A stretch of DNA of 25,006 nucleotides from Paraphysomonas bandaiensis (GCA_965644295.1 CBFFRP010000499.1:1-25006), one strand, 5' to 3'. Shown: positions 1 through 11,635, counted from the stretch's first letter. Translations and numbers: made by a program. The notes: a model not told the origin generated them from the sequence alone.

Positions 1-3000
1 CCCATATGATCTCCTCTGCAACATCATCACTAAATGGGTTACCAAGGCCCGGGCCAGAGGTCACACGGTAATCATTGCAGGCGACTTTAACGGATCCATG
101 GAAACGCACACCACGAATAGAGATATACGCCCACTAGCCGGTAAACTCCAGCTGTCGGCGCCACTAATCACACAATTACTCCAACGGCAAGCTTTTCACA
201 CATTCCACAGATTGGACAAGGGAATCTCGCGTATCGATCACATACTACATACGCCACTTCCACAGCATATGCGAATCACTGACACCGGATGCCTCAATTC
301 CCCCACCTTAATTGCAGCAGCGTTTGACCATAGGCCGGTTTGGGTTGGATTCAATATTACTGTAACACAAGATATCTCTTCCCCAGAGTCACACTTAAAA
401 ATACCTCCTCGCCTAAACATCAACCCAAGGGATCCTGAGGAGGTAAAAGCGTACACTGCCAAACTTCTCATGCTACACGCCCAACTGCCCCCTATAGACA
501 AGAACCTCAGCCCAACACTAGACCCAGAGACTGCAGCCACCCGACTAGCGGCGATACATCACATCACCTTGCAGGCAACGCTTACAGCAAAGGGTCCCCG
601 CTACAGCCGTCGCACGAGGCTCCATGACCGGTGTCAGCGAATTCGTTCACATTTTAAAGATGGTTTCTCCCCGGAAATGAGGGTAATTCAAGAAGGGATG
701 GTTATGGTAATAAAGATAGTTCAGAAAATGTTTAACTCAGCTGGATATAAAAGACACGGATGGCGTGGATCCCCATTACGCAATCCGATCCACGCGCTCA
801 TCACCGCCTGGCAGGAGCGCGGGAACTCGTACCTCCAAAACTCCACGGGACCTGCGAAAGGAATAGCCGACATCAACTTCAGGAATGATTACCGATCAGC
901 AGACCCCAGAGCCATTCTGAGCTGGACTGCCAAACAAGTCACCAAGAAGAACCTTCTACACATTGTGATTCGAATGCGAGGACTCTTGCACGGACGAGAC
1001 AGGACGGAGATGCGCAAGAGGCTCACAGACCGTACAAACCATATGGAAGCACTACTAGAACAGAGAAGACTACAAGCAGTACTGCAGAAGATAGGACTTA
1101 AAATCAAAACGCCACTTCGACTAACGACAGTGAGAACTACTGACGGGACACTTCTCACTACCCCGCAAGACATCCACGAAGGAATCAACAAACACTTTCG
1201 AGACCACCACGCGGAACCTGCAGGACTGGACCCAGTCGCACAAAGACTACAGGACGACCCCAACTGGTGGAAAACCCTCCTTGACCCTCAATCGGTGACT
1301 TCCCAGGAGCCCCTCCATCCGTGCTCGAACATACCCCTTACCCTACAACACGGACTACGACGTGCACTATGCACTAAAGTTAAACCAGAAATGGCGGACC
1401 TACTCGGAAAGGCTTTAGAGAAGGACATCACGCACGAAGAATTCTACTCCACCTTACATTCCATATCCTTCAACCGGGCTCCCGGACCCTCCATGGTCTC
1501 ATCCAACATGGTCAAATCCTGGCCTCCAGCCATACAACAGGAAGCATTCACCCTTATCAAGTCGCTCTGGAAGCACAAACACGTGCCTACTTGGTGGAGA
1601 GACAGAGTAATGACCCCCATACTCAAGAAACCGGGAGAACCCTCTTTTTCCAACCTTCGACCGATCGGTCTGCTCGAAATATCACGGAAAATTCTGACAA
1701 GAATAATCTCCCACAGGATACTCACAGTCTGGGAGGAACAGCAGATCCTACACCCGTCCCAACATGGATATCGCTGGAGAAATGGCACAGACACGGCCAT
1801 CTTAACGGTTCTAGCGGCCTCAGAGGCAGCCAGACGTCACAATGCCCAACACATCTGCACGCTCTGGGACTTCAAAAAAGCATTCGACTCCATAACACCT
1901 AATCTAATGAAACTAGCATGGGCTCGGCTAGGTGTCCCCGATGCTGTGGTTGAATGGTTTGGAGAATTAGACGCTGGGGGTCTCACATTCCCATGGACGC
2001 CGTTCATGGCGAACAACATGGAGCCACGCTCGTTGGCAGAACTTCTAGCTACCGACGGACACTTCCTTGCACAGTTCGTACTCGGATTTGAGGCCGTGAG
2101 AGGAATCACACAGGGGGGAACCGAATCCACTTGTGCCTGGGTGGCGCTACACGATATCCTTCTTACATGGTTAGACCTAGATCTTAGAGCAATCTGTCTT
2201 ACACCATCACCACTCCTACTGACCCCGAACTCAAAGAAAAAAGTCTCCTTCGCGGATGACATCACCACCATAGATGTGTCTATCACTCAAGCCCAGGAAA
2301 CGGCGATACGAATGTCGGCGTTCTGCAGCTTCTCGGGAATGGAACTCTCGGTACCTAAGGTTATCTGCACTTTTTTCCCTCACCTACGGGAAAATCTAGC
2401 CCAGGTCAAACAAACCGGACACATTACCTTATATGACTGGTATTGGAGACCCCAACCTGTACCAATACATACGACTCATGAATCGATACACTATTTGGGG
2501 GCTGATCTACCACTAACACTTACAGACACGGACTCATACAATTGGTGTACAAACTACCTAAAGGCAGCGGGCACACACCTTGGGATCAGGCACGCCTCAG
2601 CGGGTTGCAAAGTCATGGTTATAGAGACCCAAATCATCCCCACTCTACTTTACAAGGCCACCAAGGCTTCTTGGCCCCTGCAATATTATTACAAGAACAT
2701 CGATTCAACTTGCGCAAACCTTTACAGGAAAGCACTAAGCCTGAGTCCTGGTTACCCCACGGAAATGATCTACCTCTCTCTCAGGCATAATGGACTTGGA
2801 ATGAAACGCTTCTCAGACTCCGCTCAAGAACAAAAATGGGGCTCCCTACAGCGCGCCATAATCCTAGGCGGTGATGCCGGTGACGCAGCGCACTTTCTCC
2901 TAACACAGACTATCGCGCCGTACCCAAACTACCACCACTTTGCCTTAAGTCTGCGGGAATGGGGTACGGAGGTTGGCCTTACACTCCAACAACCCGACAT

Positions 3001-5053
3001 TCCGGAACCTCAAGATACCAACACCCTGACCAACATTATCCGCACATTAGAACTGGATGATGTAGCCGCGGATACATATCAGGCAATCTTCACCGACGGC
3101 TCATACACGCCTACAGCCCTATCCCCGCGCCGCATTACGCATGTACACCCACGTACAAGATGGGCACATTATGGAGGAGCGGCGGCAGTCTGGCTCCCCC
3201 CGGAGGATGAATGGAAGAACGGTACAACAAAAATACTGCGATTAGAGACACCCTTCAGCGACGTGCCTGGACTTGGCCCGTATGCATACGAGCTCATGGG
3301 AGCAGCAATGGCGCTTATACTGTCTGCGCGACTCCCATCACACATACCGATAAATACGGACTGTAAGGCCGTCTGCATACGCACACACGAAGCACTCTCC
3401 GCCAGACGTCGGGCACTGGGGCATCGTGCCAAAGGTGTACTGCTCGAAAGCATTGCAGCAAATAACGATTGCACAAGGACAGTAGCCTGGGTCCGATCAC
3501 ACCCCGAACGACGCACCTCTGATGAGTCTGAATGGACATATGAAGACAAAGGAATTTACATTGCCGACGCAGTAGCAGGAGGGGACTGGCTTGAGGTAGA
3601 TCGACTACTCGGACGACAAAATTACACTGTCTGTAACATGGAAGTGGACCAAGCCATCGAGAGAATACTCACCGAGGGTTTATGGCACTGGCGCCTAACT
3701 GGGGAACGACGGCCGTATCGCACTAGCCCCCTGCTCACGGATTTCCAATCCCTCCGTAATCAACGGACGCTGGAGGCATACACAGCTCTCCGAGACCAAC
3801 GCTACGGTCACAATCCCGACCGGGCTCCTGGATACTGGAAAGACAGCGGAGCACTACTTCCGCGCAAACTGGCGCAAGCAGATGGTGAACCATCAAAGGA
3901 CAAAGTGAGTTCCCACCTGCGCCAAAGAGTACTCAATGCAGCACTGACATGGGACAAATCCTTCAGCATAGGAAGAAACCGGGCGAAAACCAAACACGGA
4001 CTCGACATGGCTAAAGCCGTATGCTCTGACTGCGGATTTAGACTAGACTCACTCAAGCATATGTGTCTAGACTGCACAAACGACACCATAACGCAGATAA
4101 GGGAGTCTGCATTTCACAGCCACAAAAACGCGCTCCTAGAAGAAATGAGAAATCCGGAACTACCCCAATGGACCACCACTGTACTCCAGCGACTCTCCAG
4201 CAGGGCCTGGAACCCTTCCGTGCCACAGGTGGAGAGATTCTGGACGGGTACCATCACAACTACACAGCTTGAAATGGTTTTTGGAGATCACATCCATGAG
4301 TCACTGACATCCCAAGGACTGCGCAGCATCGAATCAGCGATCATCAAATTACTGCTACCGCTGTTCGCTGCAGCAAAGCTCATGATCCAAGATCGCGGAA
4401 GAAGATACGTGACCCTACGGAAAGGCCCCCCAAGGCTACTACCGCGGCCGAGTCCAAAGCACAGACAGAAACGGAAACGCCCAAGGGTGCTAAGATTACT
4501 AGGAATCCACAGACGAACCGAGACTGGAACACCGCCCACCGCACCTCTAAACCCTACCAGCCATACACAGAGGACCATAGCAACGGACCGTATGAAACCA
4601 ACAGGCCCTAGACAAAGGCGACGACGTCTCCGGCAACTCCACCTATGCCCAACGCCCAAACGGTGCATGGCGACACCGCCACATTCCACCACACCATCAA
4701 CCTCTCAGTCCACACATCTAGTGCTCTGTACACTCAGGACCTTAATACAGAACCCGGTACCTCAGAGTCAGGCGGAACCGTATCCCAAGGGGAGACCCCC
4801 GGACAACACGCGCCAGTGAGTCCTCAGACAGACGAGCAGGGCGAACTCACACACAACATCAAGAACGGAAGTGGTTGCACCTTGGTGCTTGCGGCGACGC
4901 ACAAGCAGCTTTTGTAGCGTTAAATAGTAGGATAATAGAATTTGTGCTGATTAGTTATGGGTAGAGGTCTAACTAGTAGACTAGTATTCAACTAGCCGCT
5001 ATATCGGAACGGGTTTTTAACGCCTATTGCTAAATAAAAAGACATTCAATATA
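1..5053 (+). mobile_element. Non-LTR retrotransposon (LINE) with APE, RT, RNase H and CCHC domains; 5' end lies outside the window
   Basis: One long ORF carries all the LINE domains. The 3' boundary (~5053, ...TTCAATATA) is where identity to the second copy at 18198-19384 stops. No poly(A) tail. Confidence 0.95.
2..4819 (+). CDS. LINE polyprotein (APE endonuclease, reverse transcriptase, RNase H, C-terminal Zn finger), 5'-partial
   Basis: The frame is open from base 2, upstream of the ATG at 98, and reads ...VIIAGDFNGS. APE motifs: GDFN, SRIDHI, FDHRPV. RT motifs: APGPS, RPIGLL, QHGYR, WDFKKAFDSI, GITQG, SFADD, YLG. RNase H motifs: IFTDGS, YELMG, NTDC, WVRSH, IADAVA. Zn finger: CSDC...HMCLDC. 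Confidence 0.95.
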   Translation, partial: PYDLLCNIITKWVTKARARGHTVIIAGDFNGSMETHTTNRDIRPLAGKLQLSAPLITQLLQRQAFHTFHRLDKGISRIDHILHTPLPQHMRITDTGCLNSPTLIAAAFDHRPVWVGFNITVTQDISSPESHLKIPPRLNINPRDPEEVKAYTAKLLMLHAQLPPIDKNLSPTLDPETAATRLAAIHHITLQATLTAKGPRYSRRTRLHDRCQRIRSHFKDGFSPEMRVIQEGMVMVIKIVQKMFNSAGYKRHGWRGSPLRNPIHALITAWQERGNSYLQNSTGPAKGIADINFRNDYRSADPRAILSWTAKQVTKKNLLHIVIRMRGLLHGRDRTEMRKRLTDRTNHMEALLEQRRLQAVLQKIGLKIKTPLRLTTVRTTDGTLLTTPQDIHEGINKHFRDHHAEPAGLDPVAQRLQDDPNWWKTLLDPQSVTSQEPLHPCSNIPLTLQHGLRRALCTKVKPEMADLLGKALEKDITHEEFYSTLHSISFNRAPGPSMVSSNMVKSWPPAIQQEAFTLIKSLWKHKHVPTWWRDRVMTPILKKPGEPSFSNLRPIGLLEISRKILTRIISHRILTVWEEQQILHPSQHGYRWRNGTDTAILTVLAASEAARRHNAQHICTLWDFKKAFDSITPNLMKLAWARLGVPDAVVEWFGELDAGGLTFPWTPFMANNMEPRSLAELLATDGHFLAQFVLGFEAVRGITQGGTESTCAWVALHDILLTWLDLDLRAICLTPSPLLLTPNSKKKVSFADDITTIDVSITQAQETAIRMSAFCSFSGMELSVPKVICTFFPHLRENLAQVKQTGHITLYDWYWRPQPVPIHTTHESIHYLGADLPLTLTDTDSYNWCTNYLKAAGTHLGIRHASAGCKVMVIETQIIPTLLYKATKASWPLQYYYKNIDSTCANLYRKALSLSPGYPTEMIYLSLRHNGLGMKRFSDSAQEQKWGSLQRAIILGGDAGDAAHFLLTQTIAPYPNYHHFALSLREWGTEVGLTLQQPDIPEPQDTNTLTNIIRTLELDDVAADTYQAIFTDGSYTPTALSPRRITHVHPRTRWAHYGGAAAVWLPPEDEWKNGTTKILRLETPFSDVPGLGPYAYELMGAAMALILSARLPSHIPINTDCKAVCIRTHEALSARRRALGHRAKGVLLESIAANNDCTRTVAWVRSHPERRTSDESEWTYEDKGIYIADAVAGGDWLEVDRLLGRQNYTVCNMEVDQAIERILTEGLWHWRLTGERRPYRTSPLLTDFQSLRNQRTLEAYTALRDQRYGHNPDRAPGYWKDSGALLPRKLAQADGEPSKDKVSSHLRQRVLNAALTWDKSFSIGRNRAKTKHGLDMAKAVCSDCGFRLDSLKHMCLDCTNDTITQIRESAFHSHKNALLEEMRNPELPQWTTTVLQRLSSRAWNPSVPQVERFWTGTITTTQLEMVFGDHIHESLTSQGLRSIESAIIKLLLPLFAAAKLMIQDRGRRYVTLRKGPPRLLPRPSPKHRQKRKRPRVLRLLGIHRRTETGTPPTAPLNPTSHTQRTIATDRMKPTGPRQRRRRLRQLHLCPTPKRCMATPPHSTTPSTSQSTHLVLCTLRTLIQNPVPQSQAEPYPKGRPPDNTRQ

Positions 5054-5157
5054 CATATATTGTTATTCATAATTCTCACTCTATCGTGTTCATTACTTAC
5101 ACTCTAATAATCACAACATTGTTTTACTATTATAAAGATCAATTCTTTATTTGGTAG

Positions 5158-5307
5158 CGGATGATAGTTAAAGTTACAAGTTACGACCCAACCGAATCGG
5201 ATTCGACAACCGACAAGCGAAAAGACTCAATGCCGAAATTCGATGCGAAGGACTTCTCCAGGTGCGAAGAAGTCCTTAACTCAAAGCGTTCGTTTTCAAC
5301 ACTTTGA
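5158..5307 (+). CDS. Possible terminal exon of a host gene whose intron contains the LINE
   Basis: A T-rich tract ending TTGGTAG (5157) is followed by 49 open codons (RMIVKVTSYDPTESDS...RSFSTL*) with higher GC than the flanks. No homology recognised. Confidence 0.35.
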   Translation, partial: RMIVKVTSYDPTESDSTTDKRKDSMPKFDAKDFSRCEEVLNSKRSFSTL

Positions 5308-5500
5308 GAATCACTCGAGAGTGTAGGATTTAAGTATTGCAGTCCTATTAAGTTAATCGTGACTAAATACTAACCACACAAGATTTTTATTGGGGTGCGA
5401 TAAAAAGCTGGCACACTTTTGTCTGCCAATTCTAGACTTTTGTATGCTATGATAAACACGATGATATGAACAACTACTTACTGCAATATGTATTGGTCTC

Positions 5501-6142
5501 CTACGGAGACTTGATCTTAATGTTGAAAGTGCACGCCGGAAGGGTGTTAAACTCGGCCACAACTATCGACGACAGCCCAAGATTTGCAAGAGCACCTCTC
5601 AATATACCACATGGAAAGTGCAGCATTCGTGCTGCAGCCTGCTTAGAAGAAATATCATCGGATGCATACCGATCTAGCCACTTAAACTTGAAGTCCGATA
5701 AAACGAACACCCCACGATGATTCGTCTGTAATTTGTCGACCTGATGCGTATAAACATATTGCTCTCATCAGGGGCACGGATTACCTTTTTCTTGAACACG
5801 TCATCCCAAAAGTCCTTGCATACAAATTTGACGATTTCCAGGGGATCCGACATTAAAGGTCTATTCTGGGCTAATTTTTCAACATACCTATTCACAGTGG
5901 GATCAATTATTTACAAGATTACCAGACAAATGAACACACCTAAATCCAACATCATACCCCAAATTGTCTAGCCTTTGTTGATATAACGAATTACGCTCCT
6001 GGCAACAAATCCTAGTCATCAACATGCATACGACAGGAAGCAAACACACCTGTTCTAATCCAGGTATGTCAGGTAGTTCCAATGCAAGTATTTCGCACAG
6101 TAAAAACTCGAACGCGCTTTCGGAGACTTCAGTTCTTGACAT
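5501..6142 (-). CDS. TRAPPC6: TRAPP complex subunit 6 (Trs33, Bet3 family), 4 exons, ~164 aa
   Basis: Exons 6142-6050, 5998-5940, 5887-5785 and 5740-5501 are joined by GT-AG introns of 51, 52 and 44 bp in a consistent frame. Motifs: VSESAFEFL, LGYDVGFR, LEIVKFVCKDFW, VDKLQTNHRGVFVLSD, FPCGILRGALANLG. Confidence 0.93.
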
Positions 6143-6622
6143 TTGCTAAACAGTTTCGACAGGCTAAGAAGTAAAGCACAATACAGCAAAATTATATTAT
6201 ATCTGTGCACACGCGCACATAACGTAACTTTATATGCTTACGATATGCAGCTTTCAGATATGCGAAATGCATGACAGCTCTTTATGATGAAATACATCCC
6301 TCCTGAAGAAAGCACTGTACCATGTACGCACCTATTGACTGTAGGAATTCCTACGGTGTACGTATAGAGTACAACAGCACAATATTCCTGATTTTTTGTT
6401 CTTGTTGATGACAAAACCCCTGTTTATATATCTAGATATCCATATCTATACCACAGCAATTCTGAATAAATACCGTATTTTAGTATTTTAAGAAGGACAT
6501 GTAGTGTATCTACCTCAACAAACAAATCATCACTATTCAACACATATTTAATTTTGTATTGTATCTGTGTGTTGTAATTATCAAACTCTGGAAAACAGTT
6601 ATTGCTATCAGTATCAACTACA

Positions 6623-8998
6623 ATGATACTTTATAATGTTTATGTTTTAGTTTTATTTGCGTCAAGTACATGGATAACAACTTGTGCTTTATCGGAAACT
6701 GTAAAGGCGTTCAAAGAGCGACAGCGGCAGCACTTGTTAAAACAGCAACAGCAACAGCAGATACAGCAGGAAGAGCTTCATTCCGAGTCATCTATCAATT
6801 TTGATAGGCAGAGACAAGCGTTGGAGAGGCAGTGGGTTGCCAGAGAGCAGTCAGCCCACGCTCCCTCAGACACAGTGGAAGATACGGAGGAGTACTATTA
6901 CTATTACGCATATGATGAAGATGATTCCAGTGACCAGGCTTCACCTTATTTTGCAGATATTGATGCATTTTCTGAGCGGTACCTTATTTCTATGGCCAAA
7001 AAGCATGCGAACTGCCTACGCAAAGGTGAAGAAGACCCATTGCTGGTACATGAATAGTAGCATGAATTCTCTAAGGACTAATGAATTATAGGCTCAAGCT
7101 ATTCAACTTGTAGAAGCCAAACGACTCCTCACTGAGCAAATAAACAATGCAATGCAGGGTTTGGGCCGAAATTCTTTCGGTAATTCTACTAATTTTACAC
7201 TGGGAGAGAACAAAACAGAATCCAGTGAAGAAGTGTCGAAAACAAAATCTGGGGCGAAGTCTAAGAAAGCTGAAGAGGAAAAGACAGAGGAAGAGATCGA
7301 GGAAGAGAAAAGACTTGCCAAAGAAAGAGAACTAGAGGAAGTAGGATCCCGTATTATTACCGCTGACGTCTTTTTATGACTGATATAAGAGCATTGCTAT
7401 AATTACCGCTGATTATATATTGACTGAAATGTACTCACAGCTTGTGTGAATGTTTTGACCGAGTAGGTACTGGATAAAGGCAGTATAGTCGGCGCGGACT
7501 GCGAAACTCAGTTATGCGGCGCATGTAAACTCGTGGTGCAGGAGTTCGGTAAGTTAATTCCTCTTTGAGGTGCCTTCCGTGATTTAATTGGCTATTCTAG
7601 CCCAGGCAGTAGAAAAGCAAGTAGGCAACGCGTACGTGAAGTACATGAACGGCCTCACGGAGGAGTTCTGCGAATCGAGAGCTATCACTACTCCTTATTT
7701 ACCACTGGTACAGGCTATATGCAAAACTCTCTTCTCGGTATGGTAGCTGTAGTTTTACTTCGTTTATACTCCGCTACGTTTAAGCTATGATTTCTATGCC
7801 TTGAAACATTTGGTGCTGCATACTTTTTTTTATGAGTGAATCCTATTTTGAAAGGGGTCATATATGAGACTGTTCTCTAGTGTGGGATATTAATATGTGT
7901 GTGTATTGAGATGGTTGCGTACAGGGTGACGTGGTCTATCGCAATGCCATTATTCAGACTGTACGGGCTCACCACCAGGCATCCGCATCCAACCTTTCCC
8001 TTCTTCAACAGCAGGTAAAATGTAAAGTGTAAAGTATAGTTTGCAGCGTCTGAACGCGGGTTGCGTGCATACTAATTGTATTGTATTTTTGGATTTCAGG
8101 TGTGCCTACCCACTGGGTACTGCGTCGTAAATCAGATGAGATATGATTTACCGAAGACGCTTCCAACAGGCGATATTCTGTATGTACTTGATATATATGT
8201 CTCTAGTTGTGTCTCACCAGATTTATGGAGTGTGGATAGATGCGAAGTATGCCGAGCACTAGGGCGACATATAGAGGTATGCGATGCGACCATGTCAGTG
8301 TTTTCATTATATGCCAGCCTCGTCTCTGCGGTATCGCTTTTTTATGAACTAAATTGAAATAGACGTTTAATCAGATACTGCATTGCAGTAGTAGTCAAAT
8401 GATGCATATTGTATGTTATCGATTGATATCATCTGTCGTAATTTTACAGGAGATGGTGTCTTTGGTGTGGCGTGTGACAGACAGTGCTGCGACTGGGATA
8501 GTAAGAGAAGCCTGCGACAAAATGGTATGTTATTGTAACAATTTAGGCCATATTCTGGACGTCTAATCGAATTGTTCTGCATGCATTTCACCTTTTTCCT
8601 ACTTGAGATGTTTTCTTGTAGGCCCTGTCGAGCGAGCTTCATGACCACTGTTCAACTATTAGCTCCGGTCGAAAACTAGGTACAGTCACTAGTGACCCAC
8701 GTTGTTGTATATTATACAATATGTATACTGTATATATGCCAATGAATATGTTGCTCTGAAGAGGTATAGGTATTTGACTTATAAATTCCTATCTGATACC
8801 GGGTGTGTTTTGTGCTGATGAATAATTTCTTCAGCTGAGATCGCCTGGATTTCGAAGGTGTACTCAGAGGATGTAGAGCGTAAAAAGCGATCAAAGGTTT
8901 CTTTTCCGGTAAAGCTCTGTAATGAAATCAAGTTTTGTTTTGGGGAAGTCGATGAGAAAGCCACTCTCATGCGGACGATAGACGCTGTATACTCGTAA
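6623..8998 (+). CDS. Multi-exon secreted protein with two putative saposin-like (Canopy/SapB-type) domains
   Basis: Hydrophobic N-terminus, poly-Q and acidic tracts. Exon 1 is 6623-7045, exon 2 is 7092-7340 and exon 3 starts at 7467. Cys pattern CGACKLVV...EEFCES...AICK...VCLPTGYC, then CEVCRAL...EACDK...LCNEIKFC. Stop at 8996-8998. Later exon boundaries are only approximate. Confidence 0.65.
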
Positions 8999-9819
8999 TA
9001 TCCTGCGTTAGTTTTCGGTCCAATCGTGGTATATACACTGTGTGAATAATATTCGCTAAATGGTTTTAATAGAGACGAAATGTAAAATACCACGATATAA
9101 CTTGTTAGTTATTGGAGGTCATGCCGCTTTACACTTCGCCATGTCACAGAAGACTTATTGTCAGAGTAGAATAGTTGTATTAGCTCTACAACTAAACAAT
9201 GTGGTCCCAATAGCTTGTCATTGTAAATCAAAATGATGAATTATATGAACTAGTCCTTTTTTAGAAAGAACCATTGTCATCAATTATGCTCGATACAGCT
9301 ACGCATTGCTTACAGACATAGTCTTAAGGTCAAACCAGTGCAGCATAGCACAGGTGGAACTTAAGAAAAAAAATTAGTAAAAGAAGACAAAAACGAGATA
9401 TATAGTACATAGTAATATGGACGGAATTACCATCGAAATATGTAAACTACATCAAAATCAATTCATACAATTCTTTGAACGTTGGACTCACTGAATAATC
9501 AATTACAGTAATTACAATTGTAATATAATTATAATCATTCATTTGTCAATCACTGTATTATACATGGTGCATCAATAGTATTGATGGATTTTTTAAACCG
9601 GTCCTACAATACAATTACAATATATTGCAATATATTGTCAATGTATTGCAATATATTAGTATGACTAATCAGTAGGTAAACACATCCGTAGATTTCATTT
9701 TTAGTATTAGTCATTAAGATCACATGACAACCAAAAACCAACTGCTGCTTATCCTCTGAGCCATAATCGGTGACGTCAACATCACCATATTCATCCACAG
9801 AATTAATTGAAATATGCTA

Positions 9820-9935
9820 GAGTATCCGGCCATAACTGTCGAATCGCTTTCAGAAACAACAGCATATCAAGTAGGATGGATACTTTTTGCGCAACACTGA
9901 TATAATATGTTTAGCTGTGCTGAACAGACGTTCCC
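9820..9935 (-). pseudogene. hAT transposase C-terminal dimerisation domain remnant
   Basis: The minus strand reads ERLFSTAKHIISVLRK, then after a frameshift LLDMLLFLKAIRQLWPD. This resembles the hAT ERxFS...LFLK..W signature. An in-frame TGA lies just upstream. Confidence 0.8.
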
Positions 9936-10255
9936 ATCATGTACATACCAGGGCCAGGCAACCGTTAATGACTCGTGGATCTGTACGTTTCTTAATTTTT
10001 TGAGCTGACTGAAGATTTTTAGTCGCATAGTCAACATTAGCTTCATTATCCTTTGTAATGTTGTAATCAATTTCTCGGTTATTTATATCCTTTTTGCACC
10101 CTACAGTTGAGAATCTTCTCTTATATGACTATCATAATATTGATTGCAATATATTGCAATAGTATTCTTTTAACAGAAACACTATTGATGGAATATTTGA
10201 CCAGTCCACCAATCCATATATTTTACAACGTATTGCAATACAATATATTGTTCCC

Positions 10256-11603
10256 TGCAATGGAACTCAGGTTGGGACCTGAGAGCCAAACTCTAAATAA
10301 GCTAAAACTCGCTTTAAGAGAGAGAATGTTGCTTATTATTAACCTATACTACTTCTGCAGTACTAAATGCTTCTCGGCACCCCAAGAAACTAAAGCACAA
10401 CTCACCAGCTATGCAGTTCAGTACTAAACAGAAAAGTGACGAGCTACAACAACCAACAAAGAGAGAACAAGCTTAACTAAAAAGAATGACGATGCGCTTG
10501 AGCGTTGACAGCCACACAGTGACTAAATCCAAATTTTCTGCGAAGGAGTGACGATATTTATGAATATTCTTGGAGAATTCTTCTTCTTCATACTCTACAC
10601 ATTAATGTATGGACTCTGCCGTATACACTCTCAACTGCTGCTCATCTAAACGATAATGGGCACTCGACCAATCAGCATTGAGAATAGGGAAAGCATTGGT
10701 TCAGTATTCGCTTCCTGTATTTATACAGTGTAGGGTACAGTATACTGACACCGTATACCTACGAGTGATATAGACGCATACATACGATAGAGGAATACTG
10801 CAAATACATCATATACAGTGTATACGGTATACAGTGCGGTTGCTGAGAGGAGATGCAGCTCGCTCCTAACTGCCATCTTAATGTGATTGCAGCACACATA
10901 CCGAACATACTTGTAAGCGAGCAGATTATCGTGAAAATTGAACAATATGTCCAGAGATGCATTACCATTGTACTCGCTAAAGACCACTGCTTCTTCAATT
11001 GCCGATATAGAGTACGAGGCGATATAGTATATTGACTGTTCAGCATCAGTACGAGGGTCCACACAGTGTGATGATCAAATGGAAGGTACCGTAAAATCAT
11101 GTAATCAGTACGTACAGTCATGACAGGTGATATATAGGTCCTTCTTCCAGACAGAGGTGGTCTATGGCAACCCTTAGTCACCATTAATTGGAAATGGATA
11201 TATGCACCACACAGAGGCACATAATAACGGTAAAGAAGCCGCAGACGCATCCACTGACTGCAGGAAAAGCACGTATACACTGTTTACGTACTATAGGTGA
11301 TTGTAGAAGCTACATATGTGCATTTACAGGCCACTGGTTGAATATAGAGCCATGTACACATATATACCATATATTAGGGTAAGGATACAACATATATATA
11401 TATTCTGTAGAAGGGTCACAACCTATACATATATGTGTGGGTGAAAGAGAGAAACTAGGTTAGTATGTACGCATATATATATGTATACATCCAAACTGTA
11501 ATAATAATAACTCTTCAAAAGAATTATATATCACAGCCCAGCATATAGAATAGAAGATAGTGCTGATGATTATAAACCTGCTTTAAACCTGCACAGGTTT
11601 ACA
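10256..11603 (-). repeat. 3' LTR
   Basis: Direct repeat of 15856-17203 with about 6 substitutions seen. Adjacent to the PPT. Confidence 0.97.
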
Positions 11604-11633
11604 CTACCCTCTCTCTCCTTCTCCTCCTTTCCC
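11604..11633 (-). other. Polypurine tract
   Basis: Minus strand GGGAAAGGAGGAGAAGGAGAGAGAGGGTAG lies directly before the 3' LTR and just after the pol stop. Confidence 0.92.
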
Positions 11634-11635
11634 GT

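Noticed and set aside
238-4692. Multiple antisense ORFs over the LINE (and 14655-15311 over pol)
   Set aside because: They are shadow ORFs opposite long coding frames.
4645-4917. Overlapping 90-aa ORF kept in both LINE copies
   Set aside because: Substitutions between the copies are not mainly synonymous in this frame, so there is no sign of selection.
9509-9526. 18-bp match TAATTACAATTGTAATAT to 21610-21627
   Set aside because: It is an AT-rich palindrome without convincing extended homology.
10721-11382. ORFs inside the LTRs (113, 173, 60 and 64 aa), duplicated at 16321-16982
   Set aside because: They are duplicated only because the LTR is duplicated. Their composition reflects TATAC-rich DNA and they show no domains.
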